Assembly: GCF_004010195.1 (NCBI RefSeq)
Contig: NC_057756.1
Location: 165,660 to 223,530 of the forward strand
DNA: 57,871 nucleotides
Direction: 5' to 3'
Origin: Chiloscyllium plagiosum
Taxonomy: Eukaryota
Shown here: piece by piece, positions 50,674-57,871 of the stretch
How positions within the stretch are numbered: the first letter of the stretch is position 1
Layout: each line of letters begins with the position of its first letter
The notes under the pieces: generated by a model
Told to the model about the DNA's origin: nothing
The model's input: only the letters and a program-made list of their open reading frames with translations
Databases searched by the model: none
Position numbers and translations under genes: made by a program

Positions 50674-52625
50674 TTGATATCTATTATATTGTATTGCATG
50701 TTAAATCTCTCAGTCCTTCAATGCTATTGTATAATGTTGGGGATTACCACATTAGCTTTCTTAATACTGGGATTTTGTCAAACGATGCTGTCATCTCCAT
50801 ATTTGTTATTAACGGTCCCTGAGTCTGAATATCCGCAAGTAATAGAGGTTGATGCTTGCAGCCTAGTAAATTGCGGAAATGCAAAGTATCAGAGGGAGTA
50901 TAGTTCCTCTGAAATCCTTCTTAAGACCCTACCGGACACGAGGTACGGTTCGCAAGAACCACCACCTGGCATCGCTATCCATAGAGCCCCCTTTCACCCA
51001 ACCCTAGACTGTCCTGACAGAAAGTGCCACCCGATATATCTCACCATTAAAAATACCTCCTCTGAAGACTCCTTTCCCCGTAAAAATGGGTCTCGAATCC
51101 TTAGTAACGATTTAAAGATAGTAATGGAAGCCACTGGGAAGTGTTTTTCGGACTGCTGTTTCCGAACAGCTGTGGGGAACGGAAAACGGGCAGAAAAACT
51201 TGATAGTAAGATATAACCTTTTGCCCCTCCCAATGACCCAAAGGTGGTAAAAATTATAAAGGTGAAGGACTTGAAGCAGACCATTGAAATAGAAACTGGA
51301 TACGGGGATGCAAATGCCTGGGTTGAATGGGTAAAGTACACTGCTGAAACTCTGAATAAAAGCAATTGCTATGCATGTGCCTCCGGTAGACCAGTTGCCC
51401 ACGTAGTCCCCTTTCCGCTCGAGTGGAACCAAAACAGGAAGGGCATGGAATGTATGATAGCTCTGTATCAGGATAAGACTGCATGGAATGATAGGAGCTG
51501 CACATCCCTATCTCTAATGTTCCCTCCCTCGGAGAAGACAAATTTGAAAGCTCCCCCTCCCTGCCCCCGTTTTTGACCACGGTCGGGAATCACACATTGT
51601 GTATAAGCCGACAAGGTACAAATCGGTCCAGAGACTTGAGGGAGCTGAAATTATGTATAGAAACTCAGAATCACACCAAAACGGACAAAGGAGGGAACTG
51701 CTCAGCACTCCGGGTTCCCTGGTGGTACTGTGGAGGCAGAATATTGCGGCCTACCCTACCTCCTGACTGAAGAGGGATATGTGCAATTGGCAATCCCATT
51801 CACCTTGGCATTTGAGAAGGAGAAGGTGGTAATAACAAAGAATGGACGGAATAAAAGGTCGTTATTAGATACTTTCTTTGATGATAGGATTTATCTAGAC
51901 TCTATAGGAGTTCCTAGAGGGGTCCCGGATGAGTTCAAGGCCCGCAACCAAATTGCAGCAGGTTTTGAATCAGCCTTATTTTGGTGGGCAACGGTCAGCA
52001 GGAATGTGGATTGAATAAACTATATTTTTTATAACCAGCAAAGGTTCATTAATTACACTAGAGATGCAGTCAAGGGTATTTCCAAGCAACTTGATGCAAC
52101 CGGCAGAATGGCCTGGGAAACAGACTGGCCTTGGATATGATCCTAGCCGAGAAAGGGGGTGTATGTGTGATGTTAGGAGGTAGCTGTTGTACCTTTATTC
52201 CAAATAATACAGCACCTGATGGGTCAATCTCTCGGGCATGGCGAGGATTGACCACCTTGGCGGAAGAATTGGCTGAGAATTCAGGAGTGGACACATCACT
52301 CACGAGATGGCTGGAATCATGGCTTGGGAAGTGGAAAGGCGTGGTAGTCTCCATCCTCACCTCCCTGATATTGGTATCAGGGGTACTAGCAGCAATTGGC
52401 TGTTGTATCATACCTTGTGTACGAGGTTTAACCCAACGGCTAATTGAGACGGCATTGGCAAAACAAATGCTCCTAGAAGGTAATCAGGCAGAGGAACTCA
52501 ACCTCTTGAACATTGAGGGGATGAGTGACCTTAAGAAATTATCCAAGATAAATGAAGTCTCAGGGATGATGCTAGCAAACTGGAAGGCAAAACATGAGGC
52601 AAATGCAGAAGTCAACAATTATTAA
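50674..52625 (+). pseudogene. env: Gamma-type Env, disrupted
   Basis: Hydrophobic leader; CYAC (CxxC); furin RNKR (51847-51858); GVPRGVPDEFKARNQIAAGFES; ISD-like ENRLALDMILAEKGGVC; CX6CC; TM segment; several stops and frameshifts. Confidence 0.93.
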
Positions 52626-52632
52626 CCAAAAC

Positions 52633-52645
52633 GAAAAGGGGGGAA
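52633..52645 (+). promoter_or_regulatory. Polypurine tract
   Basis: GAAAAGGGGGGAA immediately before the 3' LTR. Confidence 0.9.
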
Positions 52646-52646
52646 T

Positions 52647-53278
52647 TGTAAGGTATAGGGTTAAAATTGTGCAGAATAAGGGAACAGGTGTTGCTTCTGC
52701 AAAAGCTTGCATGATAAAATTGGGCGTGCAAATACTAAACAGTGAGAAGGAAAACAGGTAGAATTATCTATAACTAATAGGGCAGAGCAACCGTGGAGCA
52801 GGGTGTACCAGTCGCAGGAGAATAGTGTACCAGTCGCAGGAGGGATGTGGCCAATGGACAGAATTTAGTTTGGCAGGATGATCGCACAAAGACAGCAAAC
52901 TATGCCAGGATAGTCACATATAAGGAATAAGATAAATAAGAGTAAGGGGCGACAGGCTTAGAGTAGTGGGAGAAGTAAACAGAGGTGGAGTGAAGCTAAA
53001 CAGAGATGGAGTGAAGCTAGACAAAGGCGGAGTGAAGCTAAACAGAGGCGGAGTGAAGCTAGAGCTTGTGATAGGCTACACACTATAGCAAAAGTACCCA
53101 ATGGGGTAAAAGGAGAGGACAGAGAGACACAGCTGAACTGCATAAATCAGAATGTAACACTCAGATTGGGGTGTCTACTTGTTAGACACCCGTCTTGCAA
53201 GAACGTTTCAATAAAATTTGCTGCTTCAGAATTTGACTCGGACTGAAATTTATTGATACGTGAGCTTTGTTTCTCTCA
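52647..53278 (+). repeat. 3' LTR (632 bp)
   Basis: Direct repeat of 43298-43914; by manual alignment about 37 substitutions plus indels of 5, 1 and 21 bp. Confidence 0.97.
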
Positions 53279-53282
53279 GTAG

Positions 53283-53990
53283 GACAAAAAAAAACAAGAG
53301 AATATATGATGGGCAGTAGGACCCTGGGAAGCACCGAGAATCCGAGGAACCTTGGCATGTATGCCCACAGGTCCCTTGAAGTAGATAAAGTGATTAAGAA
53401 TGCACATGGGATACTTGCCTTTGTTAGCCAAGGCACAGAGTTTAGGAACAGAAAGGTTATGCCGGAACTGTATAAAACATTGGTTAGGCCACAGCGAGAG
53501 TAATGCGTGCAGTTCTGGAATCCACATTACTGGACGGACGTGAAAACACTTGGAGAGGATGCAGAGAAGCTCGACCAGGATGTTGCCTGGGCTGGAGAGT
53601 TTCATTCAGGAAGACAGTTTGGACAGGGTGTGGTTGTTACCCTTAGAGCAGAGGAGTTTGAGAGGGGACAAGATTAAGGTATATAACTTTTTAAGGAGCA
53701 TAGATAGGATAGACAGGATATATATTTAAGATAAGGGGCAAACGGTTTGGAGGGGATATGAGGTGCTTTTTAACCGTCCAGAGGGTGGTGGGATTCTGGA
53801 ACTCACTCCCTATCGGGTAGGAGAGGCGGGAACCCTCATCACAATGAAGAAGTATTCAGATATACACTTGTGATTCTTCGGGATACAGGGTGATGGGCCA
53901 AGTGCTGAAAACGGGATTAAAATAGATGGTTACTTTTGACCAGCACAGACTGGATGGGCTGAAGGGCCCTCTTCTATTCTGTAGATTTCT
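53283..53990 (+). mobile_element. CR1 fragment, right part (provirus target)
   Basis: LYKTLVRPQ; 3' UTR gatgggctgaagggcc. Confidence 0.85.
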
Positions 53991-54409
53991 GTGACTCTAT
54001 ATTCATTCCCTCTGCTGGTAAGTCTGCTTGGGATTTCAGTAGAGCAGCAAAGAGTTAACTGCAAGATTAAAAATCGACTTGGTAAATTGTTTAAACATAT
54101 GTTTCTCGACATTCCCACATGGAGAAACAACAAATTAGAAATGTTTGGGAATGATGTGTCCTTGGCAGCATGAATTAGATGTTGTCTAAAAGATAGGTGA
54201 TGGAGGGTAGATATTATTGGGCATTTCTTCAACAGGAAAAAAGTTGAAAGTGATGTTCCAAGGGAACGGCATTGGGAGCCTTGTATTTTCAGATTCATAT
54301 GGAGATGGATATTGAGGGCAGAATCTCTAAATTTTCAGAGACACTAAGCTAGGTAGCAGAGTGGTCGTGGGATGGGGTGGGTGGGGCGATGGTGTGACAG
54401 CATTCTGCT

Positions 54410-55247
54410 AACGTTGTTTTAGCCCATTTTCTGCTTTCTCCCAGTGGCAAGTCACAAGGTTCTTGATGCCTTCCTGAATGCTCTTCCTCAACTTTGGATT
54501 GTCTTTGGATTGGGCCAGTGATTCCCAGATCTCTGGGAATCTCTCACTTCACCAGTGAAGCCTGAAGGATACCACTGAAGCATTTCTTCTGTGTACTTGG
54601 GGCTCAACTGCTGTTTCAAAACTGGGAGGAGAGGGCCTGCTTGGAGAGTCTCGAGTCAGTCATGCTGATGACATGCCCAGCCCATTGTAGCCAATCAACG
54701 GTGTTCAGTGCCTCAGTGTTGGGGATTTTAGCCTGGTCGATGATACTAGTGTTGGTGCATCTTTCTTCCTAGTGGATTCACAGGATGTTGTATAGGCTGC
54801 ATTGGTGATCCAGCTCCAGTGCCTTGAGCTGTCTGTTGTAGACATCTCAGAGCCATATAGGAAGGCAAAAGCTACCACAGGTTTATAAACCATGATCTTG
54901 GTGTTACACCTGATTTTGTTCTCGAATACCCTTTTCCTCCAGCAGCCGAAGAATGTGCTAGCACACTGGAGGTCTTACAGATGTTTTTCATCAATAGCTG
55001 CTTTGGCCGCCAGGACATTCGTGAGATTTTGGAAGTGGTCAGCATTCTCTAAGGCCTCCCCATGGACCTTGATGATTGAGAGTTCGCTCAACAATCTGGA
55101 TCAGGCTGATGGAGGACCTTCGCCTTGCAGATGTTCAGGGTGACTCCCATGTTCTTATATGACTCCATAAATGTGCTGATGATGATCTGGAGATATTCCT
55201 CTGAGTTTGCACATATACAAATATCATCCACGTACTGCAGCTCCGTG

Positions 55248-55288
<41 letters not shown>

Positions 55289-55450
55289 CACACACCATAC
55301 TTGCAAACATGACAAAAACATGGGTGTTATGGATGGTGGGAAAGACTGGGGAAGCAGTTTGGTGGTTCCTGTTTACACGATTAGCTGGGTTGGCTCTTGT
55401 GCTGGTCAGAATGCAGCTTTGAGATGACGATTATCAGATCTGCCTTAATC
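54410..55450 (-). mobile_element. RTE-clade LINE fragment containing a (CA)n(TA)n microsatellite
   Basis: ELQYVDDICICANSEEYLQ...GVTLNICKAKVLHQP; MVYKPVV..LYGSE; microsatellite at 55248-55295. Confidence 0.8.
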
Positions 55451-56059
55451 TCATTGAATGGCTGAGCAGATGTAATGAGCTGATTGGCCTACCTTCGCTA
55501 ATGGTGAGTGAAATGTTGCTTTGATGTCAAGAACAGTCACTGTTTGATTTGTCATGTTTGTGCCAAGAGATGCCTGGGGCTGAGTGGTTCTAGTGGAACC
55601 CAAACAAAATGCTGGAGAGCAAATAATTGGTGTGTGGCTGAGAGTATGTACTAATAGGATGGGAATTTGCTGCTTTTGATTTCTCTGAATTGTATGGCCT
55701 GATTGATTGGCCATAACTGGGCAGTTTCCACATTCTCAAGCAGATACCAGCTGGTCCAGCTGTACCACAGGCTGACCCCAGGGAAGGGGAGTGAAGAAGT
55801 GGGTATGGGAGATGGATTGTTCTAGAGCATTTTGAGGAGATGCCATTGGAGTCTTTGCTGCTTCAACCACTTCCAGCGATTGGATAGAACTGATGAAGAT
55901 CGGCAGTTGTGACAAAGAAGGCTGATGTGAATCATTCACTTGGCATCTGGTCCTGAGGGAACTTGTAACTATTTCCATCTTAACATTTGGGCAACCATCA
56001 TCATCGCACCTTTCTCTTCTCGGTTGTGTAATTGTCCGCTATCGTTCTCGATTGGAAAT

Positions 56060-57400
56060 GTCCAGTGAAGAAGATTGCCTTAGAGTACAAGGGGACCTTG
56101 ATCACATGGGCCAATGGGTCAAGGAGTTTAATTTGGATAAATGTGAGGTGTTGCTTTTTGGAAAGGCAGACAGGGTTAAACTTTTACTGTAAATGATAGG
56201 GCCCTGGGAAGTGTTGCCAAGCAGAGAAACTTTGGGGCGCAGGTGCACAGTTCCTTGAAAGTGGAGTCACAGGTAGACAGGGTAGTGAGGAAGGCATTTG
56301 GCATATTTGCCTTCATTGGTCAGTACATTGAATATAAGTATTGGAATGTCATGTTGCGACCATGCAGGATATTGGTGAGGCCACCTTTGGAACATTGCAT
56401 ACCGGTCTGGTCCCCCTACTGTAGGGGGACGTTGTTAAATTTGAGAGGGTGCAGAAAAGATTTATAAGGACGTTGCTGGGACTGAAGGGTTTGAGCTATA
56501 GGGAGAGCTGCATGGTTACACAGTGGTTCGCACTGCTGCCTCACATTTCCAAGGATCCGGGTTCAATTCCAGCCTCGAGTACTGTGTGGAGTTTCCACAT
56601 TTTCCACGTAGCTACATGGCTTTCCTGCAGGTGCTACGGTTTCCTCCCATAGTGCAAAGATGTCCAGATTAGAGTGGATTGGCCGTGCTAAATTGCCCAT
56701 AGTGTGCAGGGATGTGCAGGCTAGGTCAGTCGGCCATGAGAAATGCAGGGTGGCTGGGATAAGGTAGGGATGGATGGGTCTGGATGGGATGATCTTCAGA
56801 AGATTGGTGTGGACTTGGTGGCCAAGTGACCTGCTTCCACATTGTAGGGATTCTGTGAGAGGCTGAATAGGCTGGGGTTTTTTTCCAGGCTGGGGTTTTT
56901 TTTCCCTGGAGTGTTGGAGACTAAAGGATTACTTTGTAGAGGTTTATAAAAATGAGAGGCACGAATAAGGTCTTCTTCCTGAGGTGGGGTGCAAATCTAG
57001 AGGGCATAGCTTTAAGGTTAAGAGGGGAAAGATTTAAAAGGATCTGAGAGACAACATTTTCAGAGATCACAGTGGGTCACAATATTAGTTTGCTATCTCT
57101 CCATGGATGCTACCTGACCCGCTGTCATCTCCAGCATTTGTTGTTTTCAATGCAAATTGCAGTGTCTGCGGTAATTTGCTCCTTTTTCACACAAACAGTG
57201 GTGTATTCATGAAACAAGCAAAGAGGTGGAGGCAGATACAATGACAACATTTAAAAAGCATCAGGATGGGTATATGAATAGAAAGGGTTGAGAGGGATAT
57301 CGGTCAAGTCCTGGCAAATGGGTCTAGGTAAGATTGGGATATAGATGTGGATAATTTGAAGCAGAGGGTCAGTTTTGTGCTGTATGACTCCATGTCTATA
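56060..57400 (+). mobile_element. CR1 3' fragment with nested HE1-like SINE (about 56510-56858) and PLE-derived piece (about 57060-57185)
   Basis: HSSLKVESQVDRVVRKAFG, LVRPPLEHC; SINE A and B boxes. Confidence 0.85.
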
Positions 57401-57617
57401 TATCCATTGAATCTGCTGGTTATCAAATTGCCCCTGTCTATAGCTTGCTGGTCAAGCATTGATTTATCTGGACCTTTATGTACACCCACTGCTGCCCACG
57501 GCATTGTCTCCTATACAACTTGTCAAGTCAGTGTTGATCCCAGGCTCGATGGCAGTCAGAGAGTGAGAGATGGCAGGAGTAACAGGAATGCATAGTACTG
57601 GGCTAATGGTACGATTC

Positions 57618-57871
57618 TGGATTAGTGGTGCTGGAAGAGCACAGCACTTCAGGCAGCATCCAAGGAGCTTTGAATCGACGTTTCGGGCAAAAGCCCTTCA
57701 TCAGGAATAAAGGCAGTGAGCCTGAAGCATGGAGAGATAAGCTAGAGGAGGGTGGGAGTGGGGAGAAAGTAGCATAGAGTACAATAGGTCAGTGGGGAAG
57801 GAGATGAAGGTGATAGGTCAGGGAAGAGAGGGTGGAGTGGATAGGTGGAAAAGGAGATAGGCAGGTAGGAC
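57618..57871 (-). mobile_element. PLE terminal fragment
   Basis: Reverse complement of the family at 22365-22630. Confidence 0.75.
57672..57710 (-). ncRNA. Minimal hammerhead ribozyme, intact core
   Basis: Minus strand ttc-CTGATGA-a-gggc(tttt)gccc-GAAA-CGTC-ga: perfect helix II, palindromic ACGT helix III, GUC triplet; helix I is short. Confidence 0.7.

Larger units (their letters stand above)
43298..53278 (+). mobile_element. Full-length defective class I (gamma-like) endogenous retrovirus
   Basis: LTR-PBS-gag-pro-pol-env-PPT-LTR order; 4-bp TSD GTAG (43294-43297 and 53279-53282). Confidence 0.97.

Noticed and set aside
50674..52625. Domesticated syncytin-like env
   Set aside because: Multiple stops and frameshifts in SU and TM; it is as decayed as gag and pol.
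55451..55978. Minus-strand ORFs of 80-87 aa in non-repeat sequence
   Set aside because: No recognisable motif or convincing splice-site pair; cannot be supported.

Overview
Repeat-dense vertebrate genomic DNA, most likely from a shark or ray (many HE1-like tRNA-derived SINEs plus CR1 LINEs); two assembly gaps (32318-32450, 47328-47808). The main element is a complete but defective class I (gamma-like) endogenous retrovirus at 43298-53278. It has two LTRs about 6% diverged, a 4-bp GTAG target-site duplication (TSD), a perfect tRNA-Pro primer-binding site, gag, a TAG-readthrough pro-pol and a gamma-type env. A younger CR1 LINE has inserted in frame into its RT YVDD motif. A related solo LTR lies at 17169-17765. 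Also present: a pogo/Tigger transposon (DD35D) with TIRs, other solo LTRs, Tx1 and RTE/Rex LINE fragments, a 33-bp minisatellite, and several Penelope-like elements and short derivatives carrying minimal hammerhead-ribozyme motifs. Between the repeats, on the minus strand, are exons of a multi-domain Ly6/uPAR (three-finger) gene: three well supported and several degenerate, probably a pseudogene. A CpG-island promoter lies at about 18.4-19.2 kb. All calls are from reading the sequence; family names are recalled motif resemblances, not database hits.
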